Assembly: GCF_003790525.1 (NCBI RefSeq)
Contig: NZ_CP033635.1
Direction: 5' to 3' (one strand)
From: Escherichia coli
GTDB lineage: Bacteria > Pseudomonadota > Gammaproteobacteria > Enterobacterales > Enterobacteriaceae
Length of the DNA: 64,000 nt
This document shows positions 36,175 through 48,593 of the stretch, one piece after another. The notes below the pieces were generated by a model that worked only from the letters and a program-made list of their open reading frames with translations, made no database searches and was not told where the DNA came from. A program made the position numbers and the translations under genes. Each line of letters starts with the position of its first letter. Position 1 is the stretch's first letter.

Positions 36175-37815
36175 ATGAATACAACTCCCTCACAGCGATT
36201 AGGTTTTTTGCATCACATCAGGCTGGTTCCGTTATTTGCCTGCATTCTTGGCGGTATCTTAGTTCTATTCGCATTAAGTTCTGCTCTGGCTGGCTATTTC
36301 CTCTGGCAGGCCGATCGCGATCAGCGTGATGTTACTGCGGAGATTGAGATTCGGACCGGGTTAGCGAACAGTTCAGATTTTTTGCGTTCAGCCCGGATCA
36401 ATATGATTCAGGCCGGGGCAGCGAGTCGTATTGCGGAAATGGAAGCAATGAAGCGAAATATTGCGCAAGCCGAATCGGAGATTAAACAGTCGCAGCAAGG
36501 TTATCGTGCTTATCAGAATCGACCGGTGAAAACACCTGCTGATGAAGCCCTCGACACTGAATTAAATCAACGCTTCCAGGCTTATATCACGGGTATGCAA
36601 CCGATGTTGAAATATGCCAAAAATGGCATGTTTGAAGCGATTATCAATCATGAAAGTGAGCAGATCCGACCGCTGGATAATGCTTATACCGATATTTTGA
36701 ACAAAGCCGTTAAGATACGTAGCACCAGAGCCAACCAACTGGCGGAACTGGCCCATCAGCGCACCCGCCTGGGTGGGATGTTCATGATTGGCGCGTTTGT
36801 GCTTGCCCTGGTGATGACGCTGATAACATTTATGGTGCTACGTCGGATCGTCATTCGTCCACTGCAAAATGCCGCACAACGGATTGAAAAAATCGCCAGT
36901 GGCGATCTGACGATGAATGATGAACCGGCGGGTCGTAATGAAATCGGTCGCTTAAGTCGTCATTTACAGCAAATGCAGCATTCACTGGGGATGACTGTAG
37001 GGACCGTTCGACAGGGCGCGGAAGAGATTTATCGTGGCACCAGCGAAATTTCAGCTGGCAATGCGGACCTGTCATCTCGCACCGAAGAACAAGCGGCGGC
37101 TATCGAACAAACTGCCGCCAGCATGGAGCAACTCACTGCGACGGTGAAACAGAATGCGGATAACGCGCATCATGCCAGCAAACTGGCGCAGGAGGCTTCT
37201 ATTAAAGCCAGCGATGGCGGGCAGATGGTTTCCGGTGTAGTAAAAACGATGGGCGCTATCTCCACGAGTTCGAAGAAAATTTCTGAGATCACCGCCGTCA
37301 TCAACAGTATTGCTTTCCAGACGAATATTCTGGCACTGAATGCTGCCGTTGAAGCCGCGCGAGCGGGTGAGCAAGGACGTGGATTTGCCGTTGTCGCCAG
37401 CGAAGTACGGACACTCGCAAGCCGCAGCGCTCAGGCGGCGAAAGAGATTGAAGGCTTGATCAGTGAATCAGTCAGGTTAATTGACCTGGGGTCGGATGAG
37501 GTGGCAACGGCAGGGAAAACCATGAGCACTATTGTTGATGCCGTCGCGAGTGTCACACATATCATGCAGGAAATCGCCGCCGCCTCGGATGAACAAAGTA
37601 GAGGCATAACGCAGGTTAGCCAGGCGATTTCTGAAATGGATAAGGTGACGCAACAGAATGCTTCTCTGGTAGAAGAGGCCTCAGCGGCGGCGGTGTCCCT
37701 TGAAGAACAGGCGGCACGATTAACTGAGGCGGTGGACGTATTCCGTCTGAACAAACATTCTGTGTCGGCAGAACCTCGCGGAGCGGGTGAACCAGTTAGT
37801 TTCGCTACGGTGTGA
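36175..37815 (+). CDS. trg: methyl-accepting chemotaxis protein III (ribose/galactose sensor)
   Basis: 546-aa ORF; two TM segments, HAMP, and conserved MCP signalling domain. Confidence 0.93.
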   Translation: MNTTPSQRLGFLHHIRLVPLFACILGGILVLFALSSALAGYFLWQADRDQRDVTAEIEIRTGLANSSDFLRSARINMIQAGAASRIAEMEAMKRNIAQAESEIKQSQQGYRAYQNRPVKTPADEALDTELNQRFQAYITGMQPMLKYAKNGMFEAIINHESEQIRPLDNAYTDILNKAVKIRSTRANQLAELAHQRTRLGGMFMIGAFVLALVMTLITFMVLRRIVIRPLQNAAQRIEKIASGDLTMNDEPAGRNEIGRLSRHLQQMQHSLGMTVGTVRQGAEEIYRGTSEISAGNADLSSRTEEQAAAIEQTAASMEQLTATVKQNADNAHHASKLAQEASIKASDGGQMVSGVVKTMGAISTSSKKISEITAVINSIAFQTNILALNAAVEAARAGEQGRGFAVVASEVRTLASRSAQAAKEIEGLISESVRLIDLGSDEVATAGKTMSTIVDAVASVTHIMQEIAAASDEQSRGITQVSQAISEMDKVTQQNASLVEEASAAAVSLEEQAARLTEAVDVFRLNKHSVSAEPRGAGEPVSFATV

Positions 37816-37826
37816 AAATGTTCAAG

Positions 37827-37848
37827 GAAGGGATCGACAGATCCCTTC
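37827..37848. terminator. hairpin between convergent trg and ydcI
   Basis: Perfect 9-bp stem gaagggatc gaca gatcccttc, 12 nt after the trg stop. Confidence 0.6.
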
Positions 37849-37853
37849 ACCTT

Positions 37854-38777
37854 TCAGAACGGCATTGATTTTCGAATAGCGTTAATCATCAACTGGCAAC
37901 CAGAAGAGAACGTCGCATCTACGCGGGTCAGTATTCCAATCGGTTCGCCTGCACCATGTCCCGGAACAGGCAGGGCCACCAGCGTGGCATGACGCAGGTC
38001 GTCTTTTACAGCGCCAGAAGGGACAAACCACACGTAGTCGTATTCAACCGTAAGTTGACGAGATAGCGAAGCAGACAGCGTTTCGATACAACCCGAAGGA
38101 ATTTTACATCCCTGGCTCTGCACTAATGCATCTGAATGCTGGCGTGGCGCAGTGCCTTCTGGTGATACAACGACCGGCCATTCCAGCACCCGGCTTAGCG
38201 TTACGTTCTCCTGAAGTAGCGGATGATTGGGGCGGACAACCAGCTTCAGCGATTCAAGAAACAGCAGTTCGTAATTAAGCCCGGTCATCAGTTCAGGATC
38301 TGACATCCGACCAATGCCGATATCGATTTCCCCGGTTTTTAAACCCGCCAGAATCATAGGGTTACTCATTGTCGCAACTTGCAAGGTCGTCTCTTTTTGT
38401 TGCTGATGAAACTGACCTATAACCGAAGGTAATATCCCCAGTGCCGCAGTAGGTAGTGCACCAACCCTGACGATATCATTATTAAGACCTTCTTTACGAT
38501 GAAGCGACTGTCCAGCAGTGTTGATGGCGTCAAGAACTCTGACTGCATGCGTTAAAAATTGTTCGCCGGGTAAGGTAAGTTGCGCCCCCTGACGACCACG
38601 CTCAAACAAGCGAGCGCCCGTCAGCTGCTCCAGTTCATTCAATGTCTTAGAGAGCGCAGGTTGACTCAAATTAAGGGTTTCAGCCGCGCGCCCCAAAGTT
38701 CCTTGTTGTGCGACAGCTACGAATGTATGAAGGTGGCGCAAACGGATGCGCTGACTAAACAGACTATTTTTTTCCAT
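37854..38777 (-). CDS. ydcI: LysR-family transcriptional regulator
   Basis: ORF track 37854..38918; start chosen at MEKNSLFSQRIRLRHLHTFVAV to give 307 aa; N-terminal HTH. Confidence 0.85.
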   Translation of the reverse strand: MEKNSLFSQRIRLRHLHTFVAVAQQGTLGRAAETLNLSQPALSKTLNELEQLTGARLFERGRQGAQLTLPGEQFLTHAVRVLDAINTAGQSLHRKEGLNNDIVRVGALPTAALGILPSVIGQFHQQQKETTLQVATMSNPMILAGLKTGEIDIGIGRMSDPELMTGLNYELLFLESLKLVVRPNHPLLQENVTLSRVLEWPVVVSPEGTAPRQHSDALVQSQGCKIPSGCIETLSASLSRQLTVEYDYVWFVPSGAVKDDLRHATLVALPVPGHGAGEPIGILTRVDATFSSGCQLMINAIRKSMPF

Positions 38778-38993
38778 AAGCGATGTTAAAAACGAAGCGG
38801 TGTCGCTGACAAGTGAAGTTGTTTGATTATGATAACTTGATTGCAAAATATTATTAACAATTAAAGCAATTATGTTACAGCAAAATGGATAATATTGATG
38901 TTTTCGCGGCGAGATCACAGTTTGTAAATTCTTCCCGCCGGAGTGAATGCGGTTACCTACACTCCAGATTACTGACCACTGGAGGCAGACACT

Positions 38994-40337
38994 ATGGCGA
39001 ACAGCATCACGGCGGATGAGATTCGGGAACAGTTTTCGCAGGCAATGTCAGCCATGTACCAGCAAGAAGTTCCGCAGTACGGCACGCTGCTGGAACTGGT
39101 AGCTGATGTGAATCTGGCTGTGCTGGAAAACAATCCTCAACTGCACGAAAAAATGGTAAATGCAGACGAGCTGGCGCGACTGAATGTTGAACGTCATGGG
39201 GCGATTCGTGTTGGGACTGCACAAGAGCTTGCTACTCTTCGGCGGATGTTTGCCATTATGGGGATGTACCCGGTGAGCTATTACGATCTCTCGCAGGCGG
39301 GAGTGCCGGTACATTCCACAGCATTTCGGCCCATTGATGATGCTTCTCTGGCGCGTAATCCCTTCCGCGTTTTTACCTCATTACTCCGCCTTGAGCTTAT
39401 CGAGAACGAATTTTTGCGCCAGAAAGCGGCGGAGATTCTGCGTCAGCGCGATATCTTCACCCCACGTTGTCGACAACTGTTAGAGGAGTATGAGCAGCGG
39501 GGCGGTTTTAACGAAACACAGGCACAGGAGTTTGTGCAGGAAGCCCTGGAAACGTTTCGTTGGCACCAGTCAGCAACGGTAGATGAAGAAACCTATCGCG
39601 CCTTGCACAACGAACATCGGTTGATTGCTGATGTGGTCTGTTTTCCTGGATGCCATATCAACCACCTGACGCCACGTACGCTGGATATTGACCGGGTGCA
39701 GTCGATGATGCCTGAATGCGGGATTGAACCCAAAATTCTGATCGAAGGGCCGCCGCGCCGCGAGGTATCTATTTTACTACGCCAGACCAGCTTTAAAGCA
39801 CTGGAAGAGACGGTGTTGTTTGCAGGGCAGAAACAGGGCACGCATACCGCGCGCTTTGGTGAAATAGAGCAGCGTGGCGTGGCATTAACGCCGAAAGGAC
39901 GACAACTGTATGATGATCTACTGCGGAACGCTGGAACCGGGCAGGATAATCTCACTCACCAAATGCATTTACAGGAAACCTTCCGCACTTTTCCTGACAG
40001 TGAGTTTTTAATGCGTCAGCAAGGGTTGGCATGGTTCCGGTACCGTCTGACGCCTTCAGGTGAGGCGCATCGTCAGGCGATTCATCCCGGAGACGATCCA
40101 CAGCCCTTAATTGAACGTGGTTGGGTAGTGGCGCAACCCATTACCTATGAAGATTTCTTGCCTGTTAGCGCGGCGGGGATCTTCCAGTCAAATCTGGGTA
40201 ATGAAACGCAGGCACGCAGTCACGGTAATGCCAGTCGCGAAGCATTTGAGCAGGCGTTGGGCTGCCCGGTTTTGGATGAGTTCCAGCTTTATCAGGAAGC
40301 GGAAGAACGCAGTAAACGTCGCTGTGGTTTGCTTTAA
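38994..40337 (+). CDS. ydcJ: DUF1338-family protein (putative metalloenzyme)
   Basis: 447-aa ORF starting MANSITADEIREQFSQAMSAMYQQEVPQYGT; divergent from ydcI. Confidence 0.85.
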   Translation: MANSITADEIREQFSQAMSAMYQQEVPQYGTLLELVADVNLAVLENNPQLHEKMVNADELARLNVERHGAIRVGTAQELATLRRMFAIMGMYPVSYYDLSQAGVPVHSTAFRPIDDASLARNPFRVFTSLLRLELIENEFLRQKAAEILRQRDIFTPRCRQLLEEYEQRGGFNETQAQEFVQEALETFRWHQSATVDEETYRALHNEHRLIADVVCFPGCHINHLTPRTLDIDRVQSMMPECGIEPKILIEGPPRREVSILLRQTSFKALEETVLFAGQKQGTHTARFGEIEQRGVALTPKGRQLYDDLLRNAGTGQDNLTHQMHLQETFRTFPDSEFLMRQQGLAWFRYRLTPSGEAHRQAIHPGDDPQPLIERGWVVAQPITYEDFLPVSAAGIFQSNLGNETQARSHGNASREAFEQALGCPVLDEFQLYQEAEERSKRRCGLL

Positions 40338-40561
40338 ATTCTGACCATCCGCCTTTGCAAAAATTTGCCTGATTTTACAAACGAATCAGGCTCATCCCAT
40401 CGACATAAAAAAATTGCCGATTTATGCATATTCTCTCAGTTCAACAATTGGATTATTAATAAATATTGTCTAGAGTGAGCGGTCATAAATAAGCACTTTC
40501 TTGCCGCTGAAAACGTTCAGCGCGGGACCATTCACAACACCAGAAGGACTCACTTTCAGGT

Positions 40562-42217
40562 ATGGATCGTAGACGATTTATTAAAGGTTCAATGGCTATG
40601 GCCGCCGTGTGCGGTACCAGCGGCATTGCTTCTCTTTTTTCTCAGGCGGCATTCGCGGCAGATTCTGATATTGCCGACGGGCAAACCCAGCGTTTTGACT
40701 TCTCCATTCTACAGTCAATGGCGCACGACTTAGCGCAAACAGCGTGGCGTGGTGCGCCGCGTCCGTTACCTGACACTCTGGCGACAATGACGCCGCAGGC
40801 TTATAACAGTATTCAATACGACGCCGAAAAATCGCTCTGGCATAACGTTGAGAACCGTCAACTGGACGCTCAGTTCTTCCATATGGGAATGGGATTCCGT
40901 CGCCGCGTTCGTATGTTTTCTGTAGATCCCGCAACACATCTGGCGCGTGAAATTCACTTTCGCCCGGAGTTGTTCAAATACAACGATGCGGGTGTTGATA
41001 CCAAACAATTAGAAGGGCAAAGCGATCTCGGTTTTGCCGGTTTTCGCGTGTTTAAAGCCCCCGAACTGGCGCGCCGTGATGTCGTATCATTCCTCGGTGC
41101 GAGTTATTTCCGCGCCGTTGACGACACATATCAATACGGTCTATCGGCTCGCGGCCTGGCGATCGACACTTACACCGACAGTAAAGAAGAGTTCCCCGAC
41201 TTTACCGCCTTCTGGTTTGATACGGTAAAACCGGGGGCAACCACCTTTACCGTTTATGCGTTGCTCGATAGCGCCAGCATTACTGGTGCCTATAAGTTCA
41301 CTATCCATTGCGAGAAAAGTCAGGTGATTATGGATGTGGAAAATCACCTGTATGCGCGCAAAGACATTAAACAGCTGGGCATTGCGCCGATGACCAGTAT
41401 GTTCAGCTGCGGTACTAATGAACGTCGGATGTGCGACACCATTCATCCGCAAATCCATGACTCTGATCGTTTGTCCATGTGGCGGGGCAACGGCGAGTGG
41501 ATTTGTCGTCCGCTGAACAATCCGCAAAAATTGCAGTTCAATGCTTACACCGACAACAACCCGAAAGGGTTTGGTTTATTGCAACTGGATCGTGATTTCT
41601 CCCATTATCAGGACATTATGGGCTGGTATAACAAACGCCCAAGTCTGTGGGTGGAACCGCGTAACAAGTGGGGTAAGGGCACCATCGGCCTGATGGAAAT
41701 CCCAACAACGGGCGAAACGCTGGATAACATTGTCTGCTTCTGGCAGCCAGAAAAAGCTGTAAAAGCGGGTGATGAGTTTGCATTCCAGTATCGTCTGTAC
41801 TGGAGTGCGCAACCGCCTGTTCATTGCCCATTAGCGCGCGTTATGGCGACGCGTACCGGCATGGGTGGTTTCCCGGAAGGTTGGGCTCCAGGTGAACACT
41901 ATCCCGAAAAATGGGCGCGTCGTTTTGCCGTCGATTTCGTTGGTGGTGATCTGAAAGCTGCCGCGCCAAAAGGCATTGAGCCGGTGATTACGCTTTCCAG
42001 TGGGGAAGCGAAGCAAATCGAAATTCTCTATATTGAACCCATTGATGGTTATCGTATTCAGTTTGACTGGTATCCGACTTCGGACTCCACTGATCCGGTC
42101 GATATGCGGATGTATCTGCGTTGTCAGGGCGACGCTATCAGTGAAACATGGCTGTATCAGTATTTCCCGCCAGCGCCCGATAAACGTCAGTATGTTGACG
42201 ACCGCGTGATGAGTTAA
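40562..42217 (+). CDS. opgD: glucans biosynthesis protein D (periplasmic, Tat-exported)
   Basis: 551-aa ORF with twin-arginine signal [18 protein letters not shown]...AFA. Confidence 0.92.
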   Translation: MDRRRFIKGSMAMAAVCGTSGIASLFSQAAFAADSDIADGQTQRFDFSILQSMAHDLAQTAWRGAPRPLPDTLATMTPQAYNSIQYDAEKSLWHNVENRQLDAQFFHMGMGFRRRVRMFSVDPATHLAREIHFRPELFKYNDAGVDTKQLEGQSDLGFAGFRVFKAPELARRDVVSFLGASYFRAVDDTYQYGLSARGLAIDTYTDSKEEFPDFTAFWFDTVKPGATTFTVYALLDSASITGAYKFTIHCEKSQVIMDVENHLYARKDIKQLGIAPMTSMFSCGTNERRMCDTIHPQIHDSDRLSMWRGNGEWICRPLNNPQKLQFNAYTDNNPKGFGLLQLDRDFSHYQDIMGWYNKRPSLWVEPRNKWGKGTIGLMEIPTTGETLDNIVCFWQPEKAVKAGDEFAFQYRLYWSAQPPVHCPLARVMATRTGMGGFPEGWAPGEHYPEKWARRFAVDFVGGDLKAAAPKGIEPVITLSSGEAKQIEILYIEPIDGYRIQFDWYPTSDSTDPVDMRMYLRCQGDAISETWLYQYFPPAPDKRQYVDDRVMS

Positions 42218-42356
42218 TCGTTTTTTCTTCGGCACCTTCTTCGGGAGGTGCCGTCTGGTTAAACACGATCCCGCTCGCATTTTTCCCTAAGTTAAATGAG
42301 TAATCTGATGGTGTGTATTTCAGATACACCTTGTCAGCCACTAACAGGGAGTGCGT

Positions 42357-42581
42357 ATGTTTCCAGAATATCGAGATTTAATATCCCGTCTGAAAAACGA
42401 AAATCCTCGCTTTATGTCCTTGTTCGATAAACACAATAAACTTGATCATGAAATTGCCAGAAAGGAAGGTTCCGACGGTCGAGGGTACAATGCGGAAGTG
42501 GTCCGCATGAAAAAACAAAAGCTACAGTTAAAAGATGAGATGCTCAAAATCCTGCAGCAGGAGAGCGTCAAAGAGGTGTAA
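42357..42581 (+). CDS. ydcH: small DUF465-like protein YdcH
   Basis: ORF track 42351..42581; start at MFPEYRDLISRLKNENPRF gives 74 aa. Confidence 0.8.
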   Translation: MFPEYRDLISRLKNENPRFMSLFDKHNKLDHEIARKEGSDGRGYNAEVVRMKKQKLQLKDEMLKILQQESVKEV

Positions 42582-42589
42582 ACTTTCCT

Positions 42590-42616
42590 AAGCCGCCAGC
42601 TAGGCGGCTTTTTTAA
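42590..42616 (+). terminator. intrinsic terminator of ydcH
   Basis: agccgcc agcta ggcggct hairpin followed by TTTTTT. Confidence 0.8.
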
Positions 42617-42643
42617 CAACTGCATGGAGTGACTGGAGATAAG

Positions 42644-43183
42644 ATGACCGAAACGATAAAAGTAAGTGAATCACTTGAATTACATGCTGTTGCAGAAAGT
42701 CATGTCACACCTCTTTATCAGTTAATCTGTAAAAATAGAACCTGGCTACAGCAGTCGCTAAACTGGCCGCAGTTTGTTCAAAGTGAAGAGGACACGCGAA
42801 AAACGGTGCAGGGCAATGTAATGTTGCATCAACGCGGATATGCCAAAATGTTCATGATTTTCAAAGAAGATGAACTTATCGGCGTTATCTCGTTTAATCG
42901 TATTGAACCACTGAATAAAACCGCTGAAATCGGCTACTGGCTGGACGAATCTCATCAGGGGCAGGGGATCATTTCTCAGGCGCTGCAGGCATTGATTCAT
43001 CATTACGCTCAGTCTGGTGAACTTAGACGCTTCGTGATCAAATGTCGGGTGGACAATCCGCAAAGCAACCAGGTCGCTTTGCGCAATGGTTTTATCCTTG
43101 AAGGTTGCCTGAAACAGGCTGAGTTTCTGAATGATGCCTATGATGATGTGAACTTATACGCGCGTATTATCGATTCACAATAA
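42644..43183 (+). CDS. rimL: ribosomal-protein-L7/L12 serine N-acetyltransferase (GNAT)
   Basis: ORF track 42629..43183; start at [16 protein letters not shown] gives 179 aa. Confidence 0.88.
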   Translation: MTETIKVSESLELHAVAESHVTPLYQLICKNRTWLQQSLNWPQFVQSEEDTRKTVQGNVMLHQRGYAKMFMIFKEDELIGVISFNRIEPLNKTAEIGYWLDESHQGQGIISQALQALIHHYAQSGELRRFVIKCRVDNPQSNQVALRNGFILEGCLKQAEFLNDAYDDVNLYARIIDSQ

Positions 43184-44155
43184 CCCTGCCAGCGGCGTTC
43201 GCGTAATGCGCTCCTCGCCGTTAATGACTTTTGGACCACGGACATGAACCGTGTCGCCATCAAAGGCTTCAACGACGGCGTGGTCGGTTAACTCCACATG
43301 GTTTTCAATTATCACCGCACCTGTAATACGGCTCTCACCTTGTATGACAACGTGCTCGTCGAGCAGAATCGGTCCGCCACGTACCACGGCATTTCCGCCA
43401 ATCAAGACATGATGTTTTAACACACAATTACCTTCCACAATGGCATATTCCGCCACCTGCGAACTGTAATGAATCGTCGGAATGGCATCTTCTTCTATGC
43501 CAGCTTTCACCTGCGCGTGACCGTAGACTTTAGCACAATCGCATAGCCAGACGTTGTTCTCTTCATTACCCTCAATACTGGCAAAATCAAAAACTTCGGC
43601 GCGATGTTCAATAAAAGCATACCGGACGACGGCATCGCCATAAATTTGTGCCTGGTGGACAATCCGCGAGGCGCTAACCCTCGCGCGATCATAAATTTGT
43701 AGCAGGAGTTGATGGTCGGGCGTTAAGCCTTGTGCGGCGACGATCATAGAATGTTGATCAATTAAGGCGTGACCAAATATTCTACATTGACCGCAAACTA
43801 ATGAGTCACTAATGGTGACACTGTCACTTATATATGCACCCTGGCTGATTTCACTATTATCGATCCAGACATTATCCGTTGCGTAAACCTCTCCCCACAG
43901 CACGCTGGTGCCGGTGATACGCGTATTCCCGGAAATCACCGTTCCGCCGAACGCAATAGCATTCTGGTCGTAAATCCAGCAATTTCCTTCCTGTGCTAAC
44001 ACCGTTTCGCGATCGATCCAGCCGCCAGCGGTTCCTGCTATCACATCGTTAAAATCGCTAATGGCGATAATCTGCCGTAATAACACATTTTTTTTAGTGC
44101 CATCTTCCTGATAACTAAAGGCTCGCTGTTCTTCACTTAGACGATATTTGCGCAT
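43175..44155 (-). CDS. ydcK: hexapeptide-repeat (left-handed beta-helix) protein
   Basis: 326-aa ORF with repetitive hexapeptide-like pattern; 3' end overlaps the rimL 3' end by 9 nt. Confidence 0.85.
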   Translation of the reverse strand: MRKYRLSEEQRAFSYQEDGTKKNVLLRQIIAISDFNDVIAGTAGGWIDRETVLAQEGNCWIYDQNAIAFGGTVISGNTRITGTSVLWGEVYATDNVWIDNSEISQGAYISDSVTISDSLVCGQCRIFGHALIDQHSMIVAAQGLTPDHQLLLQIYDRARVSASRIVHQAQIYGDAVVRYAFIEHRAEVFDFASIEGNEENNVWLCDCAKVYGHAQVKAGIEEDAIPTIHYSSQVAEYAIVEGNCVLKHHVLIGGNAVVRGGPILLDEHVVIQGESRITGAVIIENHVELTDHAVVEAFDGDTVHVRGPKVINGEERITRTPLAGLL

Positions 44156-44278
44156 AGCGTTTTCCCACAGGTGACTTACTATAACCGTAGCAAATTCTGC
44201 GGCTCTGGCTATGCTCGAGAAAATTCCATAAAATGCATTTCAAATATACTTTATAAATTAAACAAAATGAGTAAGAAG

Positions 44279-45271
44279 ATGCAGAGCGATAAAGTGCTCA
44301 ATTTGCCGGCAGGCTACTTTGGTATTGTGTTGGGGACGATAGGGATGGGATTTGCCTGGCGCTATGCCAGCCAGGTTTGGCAGGTCAGCCACTGGTTGGG
44401 GGATGGGCTGGTGATTCTGGCGATGATCATCTGGGGATTATTGACTGGCGCATTTATTACCCGACTCATACGCTTTCCGCATAGCGTGCTGGCAGAAGTG
44501 CGCCATCCAGTGCTGAGCAGTTTTGTGAGTTTGTTTCCGGCAACGACGATGCTGGTGGCGATTGGTTTTGTTCCGTGGTTTCGCCCACTGGCGGTGTGCC
44601 TGTTCAGTTTTGGTGTCGTGGTTCAGTTGGCTTATGCCGCCTGGCAAACTGCGGGATTATGGCGCGGATCTCACCCTGAAGAAGCTACCACGCCTGGACT
44701 GTATCTGCCGACAGTTGCCAACAACTTTATCAGCGCAATGGCCTGTGGTGCGTTGGGCTACACCGACGCCGGTCTGGTGTTTTTAGGCGCAGGCGTTTTC
44801 TCATGGCTAAGCCTGGAACCGGTGATCTTGCAGCGTCTGCGCAGTTCGGGAGAATTACCCACGGCACTGAGGACATCACTCGGCATTCAGCTCGCTCCTG
44901 CGCTGGTGGCCTGTAGTGCCTGGCTGAGCGTCAACGGCGGCGAGGGTGACACGCTGGCGAAAATGCTTTTCGGTTATGGACTGCTGCAACTGCTGTTTAT
45001 GCTACGTCTGATGCCATGGTATCTCTCCCAGCCATTTAATGCTTCATTCTGGAGTTTCTCGTTCGGCGTATCTGCACTGGCAACCACCGGTTTGCATCTG
45101 GGGAGTGGCAGCGATAATGGATTTTTCCATACGCTGGCGGTGCCGCTGTTTATCTTTACCAATTTTATTATTGCAATACTGCTCATCCGTACTTTTGCGC
45201 TTCTGATGCAGGGAAAATTGTTAGTCAGAACCGAGCGCGCCGTTTTAATGAAAGCAGAGGACAAAGAATGA
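44279..45271 (+). CDS. tehA: tellurite-resistance / dicarboxylate-transporter (TDT) family membrane protein
   Basis: ORF track 44171..45271; start at [20 protein letters not shown] gives 330 aa. Confidence 0.88.
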   Translation: MQSDKVLNLPAGYFGIVLGTIGMGFAWRYASQVWQVSHWLGDGLVILAMIIWGLLTGAFITRLIRFPHSVLAEVRHPVLSSFVSLFPATTMLVAIGFVPWFRPLAVCLFSFGVVVQLAYAAWQTAGLWRGSHPEEATTPGLYLPTVANNFISAMACGALGYTDAGLVFLGAGVFSWLSLEPVILQRLRSSGELPTALRTSLGIQLAPALVACSAWLSVNGGEGDTLAKMLFGYGLLQLLFMLRLMPWYLSQPFNASFWSFSFGVSALATTGLHLGSGSDNGFFHTLAVPLFIFTNFIIAILLIRTFALLMQGKLLVRTERAVLMKAEDKE

Positions 45272-45861
45272 TCATTCGTGACGAAAACTATTTTACTGAT
45301 AAATATGAATTAACCCGCACACACTCTGAAGTGCTGGAAGCGGTGAAAGTGGTTAAACCGGGTAAAACGCTGGATCTGGGCTGTGGCAATGGTCGTAACA
45401 GTCTTTACCTGGCAGCCAATGGTTATGATGTTGACGCATGGGATAAAAATGCCATGAGTATCGCCAACGTCGAGCGCATTAAGTCCATTGAAAATCTGGA
45501 TAATTTACACACCCGGGTCGTTGATCTGAATAACCTCACATTTGATGGACAGTACGATTTTATTCTTTCGACTGTGGTGCTGATGTTCCTTGAGGCTAAA
45601 ACCATCCCAGGGCTGATTGCCAATATGCAACGTTGCACTAAACCTGGCGGTTACAACCTGATTGTGGCGGCGATGGATACCGCTGATTATCCATGTACCG
45701 TCGGCTTCCCGTTTGCCTTCAAAGAGGGAGAATTACGTCGATATTACGAAGGCTGGGAGAGGGTGAAATACAATGAGGACGTCGGCGAGCTGCACCGCAC
45801 CGACGCCAACGGTAATCGTATTAAACTGCGTTTCGCCACGATGCTGGCACGTAAAAAATGA
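45268..45861 (+). CDS. tehB: tellurite methyltransferase (SAM-dependent)
   Basis: 197-aa ORF; SAM-binding motif [14 protein letters not shown]; ATGA overlap with tehA. Confidence 0.92.
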   Translation: MIIRDENYFTDKYELTRTHSEVLEAVKVVKPGKTLDLGCGNGRNSLYLAANGYDVDAWDKNAMSIANVERIKSIENLDNLHTRVVDLNNLTFDGQYDFILSTVVLMFLEAKTIPGLIANMQRCTKPGGYNLIVAAMDTADYPCTVGFPFAFKEGELRRYYEGWERVKYNEDVGELHRTDANGNRIKLRFATMLARKK

Positions 45862-46163
45862 TCCGGTAAGAACAAAGCGCGTGAAAATTCCCCACGCTGA
45901 GATGGTTTACTGTTCTTCTTTTCGGTAAGCATATTTTTAATCAAAAGGATGTGAAATTAATCACAGTAGTCGAAGTTTTTCATCAGATTAACGCACTGAT
46001 ATTTAACTACTGATGATTGACTTAGCCCCTTTTTCGGCATTGACTATGTCGTCTGTAAAGGGGCTGAAAAATTTATTTTCACCAACACTTTTTTTGCCAC
46101 AACACGAAGCGGCGCTTTTTGCTATAACTTAAAAAGTAATATAATCATCTCAGGAAACTATTC

Positions 46164-46832
46164 ATGCGTACCACATCATTTGCGAAAGTTGCAGCTTTAT
46201 GCGGCTTGTTGGCTCTGTCTGGTTGTGCCTCTAAAATCACCCAGCCAGATAAATATTCTGGTTTTTTAAACAATTACTCTGATTTAAAAGAAACAACCTC
46301 AGCAACAGGTAAACCTGTTTTACGTTGGGTAGACCCGAGTTTTGATCAAAGCAAATATGACAGCATCGTCTGGAACCCAATCACTTATTATCCGGTACCA
46401 AAACCTTCTACCCAGGTAGGGCAGAAAGTTCTGGATAAAATTTTGAACTATACCAACACCGAAATGAAAGAAGCGATAGCGCAGCGTAAACCACTGGTTA
46501 CCACCGCTGGGCCGCGTAGTCTGATTTTCCGTGGGGCCATTACCGGTGTAGATACCAGCAAAGAAGGGCTGCAATTCTATGAAGTGGTTCCTGTTGCATT
46601 AGTGGTTGCGGGGACGCAAATGGCTACAGGCCACCGTACCATGGATACTCGCTTGTATTTTGAAGGTGAGCTGATTGATGCAGCGACTAATAAACCGGTT
46701 ATCAAAGTCGTTCGTCAGGGCGAAGGTAAAGACCTGAATAACGAAAGTACGCCAATGGCTTTCGAAAATATTAAACAAGTTATTGATGACATGGCGACCG
46801 ATGCCACCATGTTTGACGTTAACAAAAAGTAG
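46164..46832 (+). CDS. ydcL: lipoprotein YdcL
   Basis: 222-aa ORF with lipobox (LALSGCAS). Confidence 0.85.
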   Translation: MRTTSFAKVAALCGLLALSGCASKITQPDKYSGFLNNYSDLKETTSATGKPVLRWVDPSFDQSKYDSIVWNPITYYPVPKPSTQVGQKVLDKILNYTNTEMKEAIAQRKPLVTTAGPRSLIFRGAITGVDTSKEGLQFYEVVPVALVVAGTQMATGHRTMDTRLYFEGELIDAATNKPVIKVVRQGEGKDLNNESTPMAFENIKQVIDDMATDATMFDVNKK

Positions 46833-46837
46833 TTCCA

Positions 46838-46868
46838 GACGCGCCATCGTTAGATGGCGCTTTTTATT
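46838..46868 (+). terminator. intrinsic terminator of ydcL
   Basis: gcgccatc gtta gatggcgc hairpin followed by TTTTT; the T-run overlaps the ydcO stop codon on the other strand. Confidence 0.8.
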
Positions 46869-47156
46869 ATCGGTTTCTGTCAGCGATTAAATTCAACACC
46901 ACGTAACAAACGCCTCCGGCAATTAATCCCCAAAACGCAGAACCAATCCCGACCAGCGTCAATCCACTTGCCGTTACCAGAAATGCCACCACCGCCGCGT
47001 CGCGCTCACGCTCATTATGCAGCGCCTGATACAAACTGCCGCCAATGGTACTCAACAGCGCCAGACCTGCCAGCATCTGGATCCAACTTACGGGCAGGGT
47101 AGTCATCATCCCGGTAATGGCACTACCAAACAGACCTGCGAGCAAATAGAAAATGC

Positions 47157-47168
47157 CTGCAACGGCAG
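47157..47168. repeat. left copy of 12-bp target-site duplication CTGCAACGGCAG
   Basis: Identical 12-mer directly abuts both IS4 ends. Confidence 0.85.
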
Positions 47169-48593
47169 TAATGCCGATCAGTTAAGGATCAGTTGACCGA
47201 TCCAGTGGCTGTGTAAGAATCCGGAAACGCTCACTTGTTTCCGGATTTTTTATGCACATTGGACAGGCTCTTGATCTGGTATCCCGTTACGATTCTCTGC
47301 GTAACCCACTGACTTCTCTGGGGGATTACCTCGACCCCGAACTCATCTCTCGTTGCCTTGCCGAATCAGGTACTGTAACGCTACGCAAGCGCCGTCTTCC
47401 CCTCGAAATGATGGTCTGGTGTATTGTTGGCATGGCGCTTGAGCGTAAAGAACCTCTTCACCAGATTGTGAATCGCCTGGACATCATGCTGCCGGGCAAT
47501 CGCCCCTTCGTTGCCCCCAGTGCCGTTATTCAGGCCCGCCAGCGCCTGGGAAGTGAGGCTGTCCGCCGCGTGTTCACGAAAACAGCGCAGCTCTGGCATA
47601 ACGCCACGCCGCATCCGCACTGGTGCGGCCTGACCCTGCTGGCCATCGATGGTGTGTTCTGGCGCACACCGGATACACCAGAGAACGATGCAGCCTTCCC
47701 CCGCCAGACACATGCCGGGAACCCGGCGCTCTACCCGCAGGTCAAAATGGTCTGCCAGATGGAACTGACCAGCCATCTGCTGACGGCTGCAGCCTTCGGC
47801 ACGATGAAGAACAGCGAAAATGAGCTTGCTGAGCAACTTATAGAACAAACCGGCGATAACACTCTGACGTTAATGGATAAAGGTTATTACTCACTGGGAC
47901 TGTTAAATGCCTGGAGCCTGGCGGGAGAACACCGCCACTGGATGATACCTCTCAGAAAGGGAGCGCAATATGAAGAGATCAGAAAACTGGGTAAAGGCGA
48001 TCATCTGGTGAAGCTGAAAACCAGCCCGCAGGCACGAAAAAAGTGGCCGGGACTGGGAAATGAAGTGACAGCCCGCCTGCTGACCGTGACGCGCAAAGGA
48101 AAAGTCTGCCATCTGCTGACGTCGATGACGGACGCCATGCGCTTCCCCGGAGGAGAAATGGCGGATCTGTACAGTCATCGCTGGGAAATCGAACTGGGAT
48201 ACAGGGAGATAAAACAGACGATGCAACTGAGCAGGCTGACGCTGAGAAGTAAAAAACCGGAGCTTGTGGAGCAAGAGCTGTGGGGTGTCTTACTGGCTTA
48301 TAATCTGGTGAGATATCAGATGATTAAAATGGCAGAACATCTGAAAGGTTACTGGCCGAATCAACTGAGTTTCTCAGAATCATGTGGAATGGTGATGAGA
48401 ATGCTGATGACATTGCAGGGCGCTTCACCGGGACGTATACCGGAGCTGATGCGCGATCTTGCAAGTATGGGACAACTTGTGAAATTACCGACAAGAAGGG
48501 AAAGGGCCTTCCCGAGAGTGGTAAAGGAGAGGCCCTGGAAATACCCCACAGCCCCGAAAAAGAGCCAGTCAGTTGCTTAACTGACTGGCATTA
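47169..48593 (+). mobile_element. insertion sequence IS4 (about 1425 bp)
   Basis: Imperfect 18-bp terminal inverted repeats (TAATGCCGATCAGTTAAG left; TAATGCCAGTCAGTTAAG at right, reverse-complemented), a single 442-aa transposase ORF, and flanking 12-bp direct repeats. Confidence 0.92.
47252..48580 (+). CDS. insG: IS4 transposase (DDE family)
   Basis: 442-aa ORF starting [35 protein letters not shown]; contains the IS4-family YREIK motif ([14 protein letters not shown]). Confidence 0.92.
   Translation: MHIGQALDLVSRYDSLRNPLTSLGDYLDPELISRCLAESGTVTLRKRRLPLEMMVWCIVGMALERKEPLHQIVNRLDIMLPGNRPFVAPSAVIQARQRLGSEAVRRVFTKTAQLWHNATPHPHWCGLTLLAIDGVFWRTPDTPENDAAFPRQTHAGNPALYPQVKMVCQMELTSHLLTAAAFGTMKNSENELAEQLIEQTGDNTLTLMDKGYYSLGLLNAWSLAGEHRHWMIPLRKGAQYEEIRKLGKGDHLVKLKTSPQARKKWPGLGNEVTARLLTVTRKGKVCHLLTSMTDAMRFPGGEMADLYSHRWEIELGYREIKQTMQLSRLTLRSKKPELVEQELWGVLLAYNLVRYQMIKMAEHLKGYWPNQLSFSESCGMVMRMLMTLQGASPGRIPELMRDLASMGQLVKLPTRRERAFPRVVKERPWKYPTAPKKSQSVA

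Noticed and set aside
47381-48274. Minus-strand ORFs of 155 and 123 aa inside IS4
   Set aside because: Antisense to the well-supported IS4 transposase ORF; IS4 encodes a single transposase.
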